IMG/VR virus record: IMGVR_UViG_3300047562_003246
Coordinates: 121,238-185,237 of that record
DNA: 64,000 nucleotides
Strand: one strand, 5' to 3'
Source of the DNA: a virus
Shown here one piece after another: positions 27,704 to 37,931 of the stretch. A program made the position numbers and the translations under genes. The notes beneath the pieces are model-generated. The model worked only from the letters and a program-made list of their open reading frames with translations. It did no database searches and had not been told where the DNA came from. Every line of letters starts with the position of its first letter. Within the stretch, counting starts at the first letter, position 1.

Positions 27704-28483
27704 ATGAGGTTACAACAAAATCCAGACGTGCCACCTAGAAATCTTGCTCTAGGTGACACGCTGGAAATTGGTATGCATGTGCTGCTTGAATTAGAACAAG
27801 CAGGCATGTCAGACACGTCTAGTAGAAACTTTAGGGTAACGAAGCGACTGATCGATAATGTTACTGCACTACTTAATGCGGAAAGAAGTGTAGTTAAGCT
27901 ATATCTGATCAATCTTAAGAGTGTAGATGTTAGAGCGAGAGGTCCGTTAATTCGTACCGCAATTCGTATTGCTGCACTGAAAGATTCGTTTCATAAAGGT
28001 TTGTGTCCTCCTGTATCGCCAGCGTCTAGCGTGCCCAATCATTGGGCTGGAGCCTACATAGCAGAGATACGCCCGTTTTTTGACAATGAAAGAAAAAAGA
28101 GAAAGGTAGAGATAACTTTTATTGTTGCTACAGGTCCAGCAACTGGACTTGCTGTATCTACGATTTTTTCTGCTGGGTTCGTATTCGTAATGCGTGACGC
28201 GATAGGTGCCGTAATATCTGGTATCAAAAGGGGCGCAGACAATACAGAAAACATTAATTTGTTTGCTAACCTGAACTTTTGCAAGGTAGCAATTTTTATA
28301 CAAATGCGTAATGATCTTGTTGCGTACAAAGTTTCTGCTACAACGTCTATGAAAACGTACAACCGCAAGCTGGTACGTTCTAGGTTGCGGTGTTTGGTGG
28401 CTTGTCCATTCAAGGCTGAATTCGATTGCATTGAATGTTCTGCCACTATTTTGGAATGTAATAAATCTATTCATTTAGGGTGA
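27704..28483 (+). CDS. Hypothetical protein with Cys-rich C-terminus
   Basis: C..C......C..C....C at C-terminus. Confidence 0.6.
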   Translation: MRLQQNPDVPPRNLALGDTLEIGMHVLLELEQAGMSDTSSRNFRVTKRLIDNVTALLNAERSVVKLYLINLKSVDVRARGPLIRTAIRIAALKDSFHKGLCPPVSPASSVPNHWAGAYIAEIRPFFDNERKKRKVEITFIVATGPATGLAVSTIFSAGFVFVMRDAIGAVISGIKRGADNTENINLFANLNFCKVAIFIQMRNDLVAYKVSATTSMKTYNRKLVRSRLRCLVACPFKAEFDCIECSATILECNKSIHLG

Positions 28484-28487
28484 CGAT

Positions 28488-29702
28488 ATGACAATGGTGA
28501 CTTGTGTCCCGACCGAAGACTTTTTGAACATCATGCATCCGCAAACCGGAAACGGTTATTGGCTTATTCCGACTGTGCCCTGGCCGGATGCGGAGAAAAT
28601 AACTCAATTGTTGTTTTCGTTAGCAGCAACATACGAGCGAACAACCGAACTTGAGAATAACCAAGAACTGCTACAGGTTATTCCGTATATTGCAATACAG
28701 ACAGCCGATGACAAATTCCTGTACTATTACAGGAAAGGACAAGAGGGCCGTTTGCACGGCTCTTCGAGTATTGGTTTTGGCGGTCATGCTTTGCTAGATC
28801 TAACCAGCGAAAAAGATTTTGACGATTCTATATTGAGGGAGATGAAACGAGAAATCGAAGAAGAAGTAAGCAAGGAAATTGCGGATGAAGTTATTCAAAA
28901 CGCTAACCTTGTCGCGGTTCTTTACAACCAAGAAAACGAAGTATCCCGAGTGCATTTAGGTCTGGCTTATGCATCTAAGCTAAATAAGACGGCTGACCAG
29001 TTAAAGGAGCTAGCGTCGATTGAATGCGGAAAGATTCATACAGGTACTGCTAAAGATATAGCGGCGACTGAAATGGAGCTTTGGACCGCGAGCTTGCTGG
29101 ACGCAATACTATACAGAGAGCAGATCGACATCGTCATTAAATCTACCGGGCAAACTTTCACAGGCTTGCGTCGACCTAACACTGATGATGCATTTTTGTG
29201 TCCAGAGCGGGATATGGCAGCGCAAGCGTTCAGTATTCTTGATGACGTTATGATGGCGCACGACCATAGAATGTGGCTGCAACTGTGGGATGCTTTGAGG
29301 CTAGCAGAATTGGATCCCGAGTGTATGGGAGACGCAGTTAGATGCGTATCTAAACTGCTTTCTCTAGCCGAGCAGCCAGAAGACAGCGAAACAGCTACGT
29401 ATCTCGGTGCCTTAAAAGCTAGCGGGTTTTTCTCCTTACCGCATGAGCTTAGAGGGTATTTTTGTGCAATGCTGGGACTGAGTATCTTGTCACACATGTG
29501 GCTATCTGTTAGACAGTACAGTTATGCGTCTCACGATGTAGCTGAGCAGTACGCAAAAATGAACGATAAAGCAGGGGATGCTTTACGTAGGCTACTAGGA
29601 AAAGAAGATGAAAAAACTTTTGTTGCCAACAATATCCTGCGATACGTCCGCGAAGGAAAAATTAGCAAAGCAGAGCTTATGCGTTTGGTTGAAGAAGCCT
29701 GA
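28488..29702 (+). CDS. NUDIX-family hydrolase with C-terminal extension
   Basis: LQVIPY, RLHGSSSIGFGGH, REMKREIEEEV Nudix box, VHLG. Confidence 0.75.
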   Translation: MTMVTCVPTEDFLNIMHPQTGNGYWLIPTVPWPDAEKITQLLFSLAATYERTTELENNQELLQVIPYIAIQTADDKFLYYYRKGQEGRLHGSSSIGFGGHALLDLTSEKDFDDSILREMKREIEEEVSKEIADEVIQNANLVAVLYNQENEVSRVHLGLAYASKLNKTADQLKELASIECGKIHTGTAKDIAATEMELWTASLLDAILYREQIDIVIKSTGQTFTGLRRPNTDDAFLCPERDMAAQAFSILDDVMMAHDHRMWLQLWDALRLAELDPECMGDAVRCVSKLLSLAEQPEDSETATYLGALKASGFFSLPHELRGYFCAMLGLSILSHMWLSVRQYSYASHDVAEQYAKMNDKAGDALRRLLGKEDEKTFVANNILRYVREGKISKAELMRLVEEA

Positions 29703-30357
29703 AGTATCCGCTGATTTTAAAAACGCACTAATACTTGCAGTCGATCCAGGTATAGATGGTTGGATCGCATGTGTTACAGAACAGGGCGTACACGGTGTGC
29801 GCCCTGTTCCTATTTTTAAGATAGAGAAACTTGTAAGGAAAAAACTAAGTAAGAAAGAAGCAGCGATACAGAAAAAGAAAACTGGACTGAAAACTATTTC
29901 AGATAATTACTTGAGCTATCCGAAAATTGCCAGTTTTATAAGGCAGTTAAAGAAAAGAGCGATCGAAGCCGGTTACTCTAGTTTAATTATTGTGCATGAA
30001 AATACTAACGTGATGCCGAGACAGCACGTTGTTAGTACAGTTAAGCAACACGTAGCCATAGCAGTCTGGCCGATCACGGCGGCATGTTTAAAAGTAGATT
30101 GCTACGAAGTCATGTCTTCGCAATGGAAACAAGCGTTAAATATATCGCTTGCTCCATCGGAGAAAAAAGTTAACGGCAAAAAATTAAATGCCAAACAACA
30201 GAAAGCGATTCTTAAAGACAAGTCAGTCAAGTTGTGTCAAGAGTTATGTCCTAAGTTAAAGTTGACTGGAAGTAATCGCGCAAACGCAGTACCGGTTCAC
30301 GATTTGGCTGAAGCGGTTTTGATTGGTTACTATTTTTTAAACACACTGGGGAAATGA
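29608..30357 (+). CDS. ruvC: RuvC-like Holliday junction resolvase
   Basis: ILAVDPG, IVHE, QWK, HDLAEAVLIG; true start may be downstream. Confidence 0.75.
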   Translation: MKKLLLPTISCDTSAKEKLAKQSLCVWLKKPEVSADFKNALILAVDPGIDGWIACVTEQGVHGVRPVPIFKIEKLVRKKLSKKEAAIQKKKTGLKTISDNYLSYPKIASFIRQLKKRAIEAGYSSLIIVHENTNVMPRQHVVSTVKQHVAIAVWPITAACLKVDCYEVMSSQWKQALNISLAPSEKKVNGKKLNAKQQKAILKDKSVKLCQELCPKLKLTGSNRANAVPVHDLAEAVLIGYYFLNTLGK

Positions 30358-31250
30358 TGGAAAGTCAAAAGAAAAGAAAAACCTTGCAGCAGTTGGTAGA
30401 TAAGAAGACAGCGGTGCGGAGAAAAAAGAAAAAGAAGTTGCGTGACACAACTAAGGTAGCGAGTGTAAAGTCAACGCAGAAGCCGTGGCCGCAAACAATT
30501 CAGACGTTTGATACGAAGACCGGAAAGGTGTTTAGCTTCAACAATCATATTGCCAAGGAAGGCAGTATGCTCGTTCGAGATAAGGCGAAAGCGGCAAATA
30601 CAGGTCGTATGATTACTGACCTAGACTTGTTCGTTACCGCGTCCTACGAACTGAACGAGAACGTCAAGCTTGACGGCTTTGTTCCATTGTCTAAGAAAGT
30701 ACCAAACGTGGAGTTTGTTCAATCAAACTTTGGTGACTTTCCATTGTTGGCTAATCCAGTGGTATTGTTTGTGCGTATGTGCGAGCCTGGAGAATATCCA
30801 GTGTACGCGCACTTCGACTCCGTGAGCAAGAAGAACATTTATGAAGACTTGCTGGAGTTGGTAAACGCTTACTTGGACTTGCAGTACACAAGTTTTCACT
30901 CGATGTTCCGTTGTGCGTGGTATGGTCGACATGCTTCTTACAATCGTCATCAATTGCGATTGGCGGCTCACGATCAATCGATCGACATCATCAACATGAT
31001 GCGTAAGTTAAGTTACAAGCAGGATGCCTACGAGCTGGACAAAGCTATCAACACAACTGGACTCAGTGACGTTGACGTGGCGGCAGCTACCTCGTACCTG
31101 TCCGGTGTTTTGGCCAATTTTCCTGATCGCTATGTTGGTGTGGAGATGTTGCAGTCAGTAAAAGCACCAAAAGAACTTGTCGATCTGGAGATGGCGGCAC
31201 AAGTTATGATGGCTTTGGGCGCTTACGAGTCAACGAGCTTCACAGGGTAG
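30354..31250 (+). CDS. Hypothetical protein, basic N-terminus
   Basis: 298 aa; RRKKKKK tract. Confidence 0.65.
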   Translation: MMESQKKRKTLQQLVDKKTAVRRKKKKKLRDTTKVASVKSTQKPWPQTIQTFDTKTGKVFSFNNHIAKEGSMLVRDKAKAANTGRMITDLDLFVTASYELNENVKLDGFVPLSKKVPNVEFVQSNFGDFPLLANPVVLFVRMCEPGEYPVYAHFDSVSKKNIYEDLLELVNAYLDLQYTSFHSMFRCAWYGRHASYNRHQLRLAAHDQSIDIINMMRKLSYKQDAYELDKAINTTGLSDVDVAAATSYLSGVLANFPDRYVGVEMLQSVKAPKELVDLEMAAQVMMALGAYESTSFTG

Positions 31251-31252
31251 GG

Positions 31253-31981
31253 GTGATGGGTATCAAAGGTACGCGGGTTATTAACCCAGGAGTGACTAGA
31301 CAAGATTTTGAACTTAAAGGAAAGCTTGTTCTAGAGCCTGCAAAAAAATTAGCTCGCGTACCTTTGAGCCTTTTGGAGAAGCAGCACGGATTTGCGTTCG
31401 TGCTACCTCATCTACTTTACGATGAAGGAATCCATATTGACCCTGTCTCTGTGTTTCTATCGCAGAACAGGGTTGAGCTGCCTTGCTTGTATTGGGATGC
31501 TGATTATCCGTTAGTCACAGGGTTGAGACGTGATAATGTCAAAGCGATGTGCACTAGGATTTATGCACTACATTTTCAAGACATGCTTGAAATACTGAAC
31601 TGCGCTCAATCGAATGTGTTTTTTAACCCGATAACCAAAGCGGTGTCTAGGCTTGTATACACGAAGAAGCAATTACTAGACTTCAACGCGGTGAAATTAA
31701 CTTCGCCAAAAAGTTTGGCTATTTCGGTTACGACGTGGAACGTACAGTATCCTTCTAATTTGGTTGAATTGATCGCAAACGAATCAGCACATGGAATAAC
31801 GAAGTCGCTTAAGGTACTTCGCAAAAATACTAATGCGACGAATTTGAATTCTATTTTGAAGGTTTTTGAAGATGGGGAAAAAGACGCGACACAGCTCGTA
31901 TCCAAAATTGACCAGGAAACAGAGCGATTCGACAGAACAGAATGCGAGCAAAACTATTTGGGTCAAGGCTCCGATCGTTGA
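31253..31981 (+). CDS. Hypothetical protein
   Basis: 242 aa, operonic. Confidence 0.6.
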   Translation: MMGIKGTRVINPGVTRQDFELKGKLVLEPAKKLARVPLSLLEKQHGFAFVLPHLLYDEGIHIDPVSVFLSQNRVELPCLYWDADYPLVTGLRRDNVKAMCTRIYALHFQDMLEILNCAQSNVFFNPITKAVSRLVYTKKQLLDFNAVKLTSPKSLAISVTTWNVQYPSNLVELIANESAHGITKSLKVLRKNTNATNLNSILKVFEDGEKDATQLVSKIDQETERFDRTECEQNYLGQGSDR

Positions 31982-32300
31982 GACGATGATGATCGAAGCA
32001 AATTGGCAAACTGAACAAGGTCGCCAATATTACTGCCAAACGGTTCGCTCGTTTATGCTCAATGTTCTTAAAAATGTTTTGCCATCTTCAGGTTATATCG
32101 ATCAGGTCAGCACACCGAAGCAAGAAGTTCTTTATGTCGATCAGACAACTAAGAATATTTACTGTATGGTGACATTCACAGCCATCGTCTGCTTTCCAAA
32201 AACACTCCACAATATGCCTGAGGATTTAGAAGATGCCATCCGAGAAGCCAGCAACGAAGCGGCGAGCATTGACATCCAAGCAGACTTCCTCAAAGACTAG
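31866..32300 (+). CDS. Hypothetical protein (start probably near 31986)
   Basis: Overlaps previous gene; MMIEANW is the likely start. Confidence 0.5.
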   Translation: MKMGKKTRHSSYPKLTRKQSDSTEQNASKTIWVKAPIVETMMIEANWQTEQGRQYYCQTVRSFMLNVLKNVLPSSGYIDQVSTPKQEVLYVDQTTKNIYCMVTFTAIVCFPKTLHNMPEDLEDAIREASNEAASIDIQADFLKD

Positions 32301-32700
32301 GCCGACAAAGAAAAGAAAAGTACAGAAAGCAACCAAGCACAATTATTTTCTAGTGATGACAGTTGCGGGCGACTTCGTCACTATGTCGGCTAGCAGCCTA
32401 ACTGAAATAGTTGCTCATATTTCAGAGCAGATGAAAAAGAACTACATGTTACCTATTCGTGTCCTCGTTTTTAAAGGAGACAAACTTAAATGTTTGACGG
32501 GCGGAACTAAGCTGAATCCGATTGTAGTTGTGCAGGATGCTGCAACTGGCGAAAGTATTTCTACTTTAGATGCTGTGAAAAACAATCTAGTAGAAACCGA
32601 AGATGGGTTGTTGTTTACTTATGACGAGAAAGTAGCGACACAAGATAGTCAAAAAGATGACGGTGCTTCGGCATTCGAAGACTTCTTTGGTGGTGCTTAA
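32233..32700 (+). CDS. Hypothetical protein
   Basis: 155 aa, ends before terminator. Confidence 0.6.
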   Translation: MPSEKPATKRRALTSKQTSSKTRPTKKRKVQKATKHNYFLVMTVAGDFVTMSASSLTEIVAHISEQMKKNYMLPIRVLVFKGDKLKCLTGGTKLNPIVVVQDAATGESISTLDAVKNNLVETEDGLLFTYDEKVATQDSQKDDGASAFEDFFGGA

Positions 32701-32739
32701 TTTAGGTCGATTTTGCGCCATATACTATTGCGTATACGT

Positions 32740-32761
32740 AGCACCGAAAGGTGCTTTTTTT
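32740..32761 (+). terminator. Intrinsic terminator
   Basis: AGCACC-GAAA-GGTGCT + T run. Confidence 0.75.
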
Positions 32762-32789
32762 ATTTTGTTTACACGTAGGATTGAGTTTC

Positions 32790-33791
32790 ATGGAAAGCCA
32801 AAATTTGTACGGCACTGTAGTTGACGTTTTAGGTAAACACTTTTCGTTTGCAACGCTGCAAGTGAAGGAGAACAAGTTCGTCAATGTTGACGAGGCAGAA
32901 TTCTCGGTGGTTGGTATAAACCACCAAGATAAGATAGTCGTCAAGCGAGGAGACCTGTACTTGACAGAGGAGGGTACGCTGGCGTTTGATGAAACTGCCA
33001 GGGATCAACTGCCTGTCAAGGCGAGATCTAGACAACAGATCCAGGTCGTAACCGCAAGACCTGGGCAGAAATTATGGTCGCCAAGAGGCGGCACGTTGAA
33101 GATCAAGTCTCTAGACGGAGTTGTCAGTATATGTATTGGCAAGTTCAGGATTGGAGACTCTACTTATGACGACGTGATCGCGTCGTTCAAAGAATCTGAT
33201 ATTCAAAAAATGAATCTAGTCAAATTCCGGTACACCGGATTTGACCAGGAATTCGGAGAAGTGTCTGAAGGTTCGATACTGCTTCAATTCAAAGACGCAG
33301 TTGAATTCAAGCTGGCGGACAGGGACGCCAAAGGCTATCCAGTAGTACAAGATGCTTCTGGGATCGGCGACGATCCGGAGAAACATCAGTCTGTGTTACG
33401 TGAAATCCTTGCGTGCGCCGAGTTGGCAGTAGCTCCCACCGGAGCATCTGCCGCAATAAAAGTATACGCCAAGGTTGATTCCGCAAAAGTGGAAGACTGG
33501 GCCAGGGATGCTTCGGAAGAAGCAATGGCACTCATGGAACAAGAACAAGTTGTTCTTGAGGATATGAATATATTGATACCACTGGACTATGTTAAACCAC
33601 AGATCGCCAATAGCGTCGAGTGGTTCTTGGATTGCAGGGAATATGCAGTTCACGAAGGTCGATTTGTTCTTCCAGCCCGTCAAACGCAGATGGGCAGATT
33701 AGACCTGGGAGCATTCCAGGTCTACATGGGTAGACAATTAAAAAAGAACAAATCAGCAGTTCGACATGGAAGTCGAGTCGAGATCAGCTGA
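32790..33791 (+). CDS. Hypothetical protein
   Basis: ORF 32751..33791 trimmed to ATG32790 because the upstream GTG lies in the terminator. Confidence 0.65.
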   Translation: MESQNLYGTVVDVLGKHFSFATLQVKENKFVNVDEAEFSVVGINHQDKIVVKRGDLYLTEEGTLAFDETARDQLPVKARSRQQIQVVTARPGQKLWSPRGGTLKIKSLDGVVSICIGKFRIGDSTYDDVIASFKESDIQKMNLVKFRYTGFDQEFGEVSEGSILLQFKDAVEFKLADRDAKGYPVVQDASGIGDDPEKHQSVLREILACAELAVAPTGASAAIKVYAKVDSAKVEDWARDASEEAMALMEQEQVVLEDMNILIPLDYVKPQIANSVEWFLDCREYAVHEGRFVLPARQTQMGRLDLGAFQVYMGRQLKKNKSAVRHGSRVEIS

Positions 33792-33848
33792 GTTAGCTTC
33801 GATAGATTGCACAACCTAGTAGAAATTATTCTCTAGGTTGTGTAGGAT

Positions 33849-33879
33849 AGCTGCCTGTGTTTACACGGGCAGCTTTTTT
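33849..33879 (+). terminator. Intrinsic terminator preceded by a second hairpin
   Basis: AGCTGCCTGTGT/ACACGGGCAGCT + T run; upstream hairpin 33809-33843. Confidence 0.8.
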
Positions 33880-33896
33880 CTTAGCATAGGTGACTT

Positions 33897-34688
33897 ATGG
33901 CTGTGGATATTCCAGAGGCTTTTCATTTGCAACTAACAGAATTCGACGCTTTTAACGAGGTCTCACAAGTTGGTCGAGAAGAAGTCAAAGCAAGTTTTCG
34001 GTTAGCGGAACAAGCATTAGGTCCCGCAAAACCACAACCCATGCCGTCCGTGTTTCCTGCGGAACTTACACCTGAAGAAAGTAACGCTTGTTGGAAGCAA
34101 GCTAAAAAAGAGTTATTGTCGAAAGGTGTAGCAGATAAACACGCTATACAGAGAAGGGCTATTGAGCTTATTCAGCAAGCATCGTTTACAAAAGCAAGTA
34201 GGTTGGATCAGGAGGCTGCAAGAAAGCGAGACAAAGTTACTATGCCAAATCCCAAAAAGAAAAAGAAACGTATTCGTTTAACTCCAGAGGTAAGTAAGCC
34301 CGCAGAATCTGCGATGAAACGTCCGATTAAGCAGCGACCAATAAAACAGTCTGTCTCTAAAATGCTTCGAGTCGACGAACCTGAACCGGTTAAGAAACGA
34401 AGCAGCATTAATGAGCCATACGAGATTAGCCTCACTTATAACGACATGACGGTTACTACGCGAGCTGTCCGTGTTATCGATGATCCCGATAATGTTGTGT
34501 TGATGCTTGCCTCGAAACGCAGAAAACAACTGCTGCACATCGTCGGCGCAAGAGATACTGAGTTCGGTGAGCTGATGATATCTTACAAAGGTCAGGCGAA
34601 TTTCAGGAATGTTTTGATTCGCCCATTTCGTTTCCAAGACAACAATACTATTTACATTTTGTTTGTTGTCGTTCCAGATGGTGCTTAA
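33897..34688 (+). CDS. Hypothetical protein upstream of portal
   Basis: 263 aa; PKKKKKR tract. Confidence 0.65.
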   Translation: MAVDIPEAFHLQLTEFDAFNEVSQVGREEVKASFRLAEQALGPAKPQPMPSVFPAELTPEESNACWKQAKKELLSKGVADKHAIQRRAIELIQQASFTKASRLDQEAARKRDKVTMPNPKKKKKRIRLTPEVSKPAESAMKRPIKQRPIKQSVSKMLRVDEPEPVKKRSSINEPYEISLTYNDMTVTTRAVRVIDDPDNVVLMLASKRRKQLLHIVGARDTEFGELMISYKGQANFRNVLIRPFRFQDNNTIYILFVVVPDGA

Positions 34689-34830
34689 AAATGGAAAAAA
34701 CTGGCGAAGTTACAAAAGAGACTCCCGTAGGTACTAGCGACGTAGGTGCCGATATCAAGGATCCGGCTAAACTGGAGCAGGACTTCGATAAGCAAGCTAG
34801 TGACTTGGCAAAACAGCAGTTGAAAGAAAA

Positions 34831-36726
34831 ATGAAACACTTTGCGTGTCCAGATGACGTTTACAGTGGATTCTCTCGAAGCAATTTTTCAAGGGCAAGAG
34901 GTAAGCATCCTTACCCGTTCTTGGATCCAGCAAGCCAGGCTAGTCCTCGGACTTGGCGAGAAATCCACGAATGGGGATCACTCTGTATCGAACGCTCCCC
35001 TGAATTTGTTGACGCGCATAGAAAGCTTTATTCTTATTTCAACACTAGGCTTAAGTTTGCTTCATCTACATCGGACGATCAGCAGCTCTCTAGCGATGAA
35101 GAGCGAAATTTGTCCGACATGTTCGAGAAGAAACTTAACTACAGTGCTAACGTACTGCAGCTAGGAATCAGTGTTGCAGCTTATGGTTCGCAGATAGTGA
35201 CCATACAGCGAAAATGTCAGCGCAAGTTGGTTTGTCCGCATCCAGAATGTGGTGCGGTGATCGACATGCTGACCGGTGCAAGAGAGATGAAGATTGATTT
35301 CAGGTATGACTACAATTCCTGTAAATTTCTTTATCGATGTCCTGCCGAAGGTTGCCCTAACAGACGAGCCCTTGTCCCTGCGATCGTCAAAGATTGGTAT
35401 CGCAAAGACATTGATTCGTTGACGATTAAGCAGTGGCCACCTGACGAAATGCTAATCGATTATTACCTGTGGACAGACACGGATGACATCTATTGGCGTA
35501 TACCTGAGTATTACAAGCAGGCGGTTCGCCGGGGACACCTGGAGACGTTAGCCGAAGCTGATCTAGATGTACTCAAAGCGATTCGCGGCAATAATCTGTT
35601 TAGGTTTTACCGCGATCGAGTTTTTCACGCTAAGGAAATGAGTATCGCTGGGTTAGGTTTGCGAGGAAGAGGATTACCGAGATCGCTTTTGCTTGGACCG
35701 CAAATCTACATGCTGCAGGTATTTAGGCATCAAAACCAAATACTTGGTATGGACTACCTTTTACCTATGGGCATCTTTTCTCTGGATGATACGCCCAAAG
35801 GCGTTGAATATTCTGGTCCACAAAGTTCGCTTAATCTTGGGCAATTTTCTAATGATATTAATCGTGCTTTGGCGGCGCATCGAGAGGATCCTACGCAGCG
35901 GTTTGCGTTTCCCTACGCTCTTCGCTATCAGATTGTCGGCGGCGAAGCTAGTCAGTTGGCTCCCGTACAGTTAATTGAAAACAGCAAAGCAGACGTATAT
36001 GAAGGTGCTGGTGTTCCGCTTGAGATGTGGCGAGGATCTCTATCGATTCAAGTGATGCCTGTAGCTGCGAGGCTTTATGAGGCGTCTCACAAGACGATAC
36101 CAACTTTGTTCAATCGATTTGCTGGTTTTGTCGCTAAACGAGTGTCGGAAGATTTAGAACGAGATCCGTTCGACGCTTATCACGAAGAAAGCACAATTGT
36201 TGCGGACATCCAGAAAATGGCTGTTGTTTCGCAAGGTGTGCAGCTTGGTCACACCAGTCGTGGGTTACTCTACGAAAGTTTCGGTATCGATTCGGATATC
36301 GAGCGAGATCGTCGTATCGACGAATTGCTTGCCGACGCAAGAGCGGAACAGAAGTTGCAGAAGAAGCTGGAAAGTGAGCAACTTACCTTACAAATGCAGG
36401 CCATGCCGCAACCAGTGGGCGCGCAGGATCCTACAGCCGCGCAACAAGGCGGACAAGCACCTGAGTCAGCGATGCCGCCAAACATGGCACCTTCTCAAGG
36501 TTTGGCTGTAGCCAACATGAGCATCCAGCAGCTAGGAGCCGAAGCGGAGCGTATAGCTGCTCAATTGATTGACCCGTCTTTGCCGCAGGCTCAGGTTAAT
36601 CAACAGTTGGCGATGGTGAAGTCACAAAGTCCAGAGCTTCATAGCTTGGTTCGTCAAGCAATGGATAAAATGAGACAACAGGCTGCAGCACAAGGGCAGC
36701 ATGCCGTGTTATCTGGACAAGTATAG
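34831..36726 (+). CDS. Probable portal protein
   Basis: 631 aa; IKQWPP.EM and RG.GLPR segments typical of portals; Cys-pair insertion; Q-rich C-terminus. Confidence 0.5.
   Translation: MKHFACPDDVYSGFSRSNFSRARGKHPYPFLDPASQASPRTWREIHEWGSLCIERSPEFVDAHRKLYSYFNTRLKFASSTSDDQQLSSDEERNLSDMFEKKLNYSANVLQLGISVAAYGSQIVTIQRKCQRKLVCPHPECGAVIDMLTGAREMKIDFRYDYNSCKFLYRCPAEGCPNRRALVPAIVKDWYRKDIDSLTIKQWPPDEMLIDYYLWTDTDDIYWRIPEYYKQAVRRGHLETLAEADLDVLKAIRGNNLFRFYRDRVFHAKEMSIAGLGLRGRGLPRSLLLGPQIYMLQVFRHQNQILGMDYLLPMGIFSLDDTPKGVEYSGPQSSLNLGQFSNDINRALAAHREDPTQRFAFPYALRYQIVGGEASQLAPVQLIENSKADVYEGAGVPLEMWRGSLSIQVMPVAARLYEASHKTIPTLFNRFAGFVAKRVSEDLERDPFDAYHEESTIVADIQKMAVVSQGVQLGHTSRGLLYESFGIDSDIERDRRIDELLADARAEQKLQKKLESEQLTLQMQAMPQPVGAQDPTAAQQGGQAPESAMPPNMAPSQGLAVANMSIQQLGAEAERIAAQLIDPSLPQAQVNQQLAMVKSQSPELHSLVRQAMDKMRQQAAAQGQHAVLSGQV
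36421..36434 (-). repeat. 14-bp motif copy 6
   Basis: GCGCAGGATCCTAC, read as AQDPT. Confidence 0.97.
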
Positions 36727-36738
36727 CGAACGTTAGAT

Positions 36739-37530
36739 ATGTCAAAACCGAAAAACTACCTTGAAAGGCAGGTGCTTGTTAAGCAGGCAATATCCTTTCG
36801 ACCTAGAGGATTAGGTAAGCGAATATCTAACTGGGCTTCTTCTGCGACCAAGAATCCAAAGGAAAAAGCTTACAACTTCGGTAAGCTTTTAGTGACAGGT
36901 AACGAGCTAGAGGGTGCTCTTGCCGGTGCGCAATTATTTACTGGCTACGCTCCAGGTCTTTTTACGTCGTTAGGTTTAGGTGTTGGTTTTGACATCGCCA
37001 GACCTCACGTAAAAAAGCTTATTCAAGGTGCAGACAATAGACTGTTAAGTAGATGGGGAGACACCGGTATTTACGGCGATATCCGTAAAAATTTAGGAAA
37101 AGGTTATGGCACGTTCAGGACGGCGTCTAAGCTCGCTCCGCTAGCTCAAGCAGCAGGCGGCGTGCAGCAAATGATGGTAGGTTTCAATCAGTTTGACCCT
37201 GCTATGTCAATTGAGATCGGCAAAGAACGTACAATGCAACAGTTAGCAAATTCACTAGGTTATGAGGATATTGGCAGCCTCAAATATGATGTTGATCAGC
37301 TGCGACCAGCGATAAGCGGAGTGTCTGCGATAAGCGGCGGACTTGGGAATATTGTTAATCGTTTGAGATCACCAGCAATACAATCAAGATTATCACAATT
37401 AAGTGATGACGATATAGAACAATTAGCCGGTCAGGCTATTGGAACTTACGGTAGTGCCTTTTTGGACCGTAATAAATATGATCAGGCGGCGATGATTGAT
37501 TTCTTTAATCGCCAAGCAAGGGGACTATGA
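36739..37530 (+). CDS. Putative virion-internal protein
   Basis: Gly/Ala-rich hydrophobic segments; follows portal. Confidence 0.5.
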   Translation: MSKPKNYLERQVLVKQAISFRPRGLGKRISNWASSATKNPKEKAYNFGKLLVTGNELEGALAGAQLFTGYAPGLFTSLGLGVGFDIARPHVKKLIQGADNRLLSRWGDTGIYGDIRKNLGKGYGTFRTASKLAPLAQAAGGVQQMMVGFNQFDPAMSIEIGKERTMQQLANSLGYEDIGSLKYDVDQLRPAISGVSAISGGLGNIVNRLRSPAIQSRLSQLSDDDIEQLAGQAIGTYGSAFLDRNKYDQAAMIDFFNRQARGL

Positions 37531-37844
37531 TGCTTGAAGCAACGATAATTGTCAGATTGTGTGGGTACACTCGGGGCTCTCAGTTCGAGCGAATTTTGCT
37601 CGATATCGAAGGACCAGGGGTTGCTTTGGCACCGATCGATGTCACAGACAAAATGGGTAAGACTGTCAGCTTTCGCGTACCAGCCGACACTGTACTGGCT
37701 TACGGTATCAGGGTCGAACGGCCCAACGCAGGGGATATGTATTTCGCAAAAACCACGAACTTTGTGGTGAGTGGCCCCCAAGAGAAGCTACCGATTACCC
37801 AGTTCGTTCGCGATGCGATCTGCTCGGCAATCGTACAGAGGTAA
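37527..37844 (+). CDS. Hypothetical protein
   Basis: 105 aa, overlapping stop/start. Confidence 0.55.
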   Translation: MMLEATIIVRLCGYTRGSQFERILLDIEGPGVALAPIDVTDKMGKTVSFRVPADTVLAYGIRVERPNAGDMYFAKTTNFVVSGPQEKLPITQFVRDAICSAIVQR

Positions 37845-37931
37845 GTATTTTCCGGTTAGTGTTGTTGCTTAATCTGCCAATTCCGTGCACAATCTTATCG
37901 CTGCAACAACGCGAAAAGAAGGAATTGGCAA

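Noticed and set aside
32751-32789. Listed GTG start of the 346-aa ORF
   Set aside because: Falls inside a terminator stem and T run; ATG32790 is more plausible.
35885-35894. AGGATCCTAC partial motif in portal
   Set aside because: 10-nt partial match; not counted.
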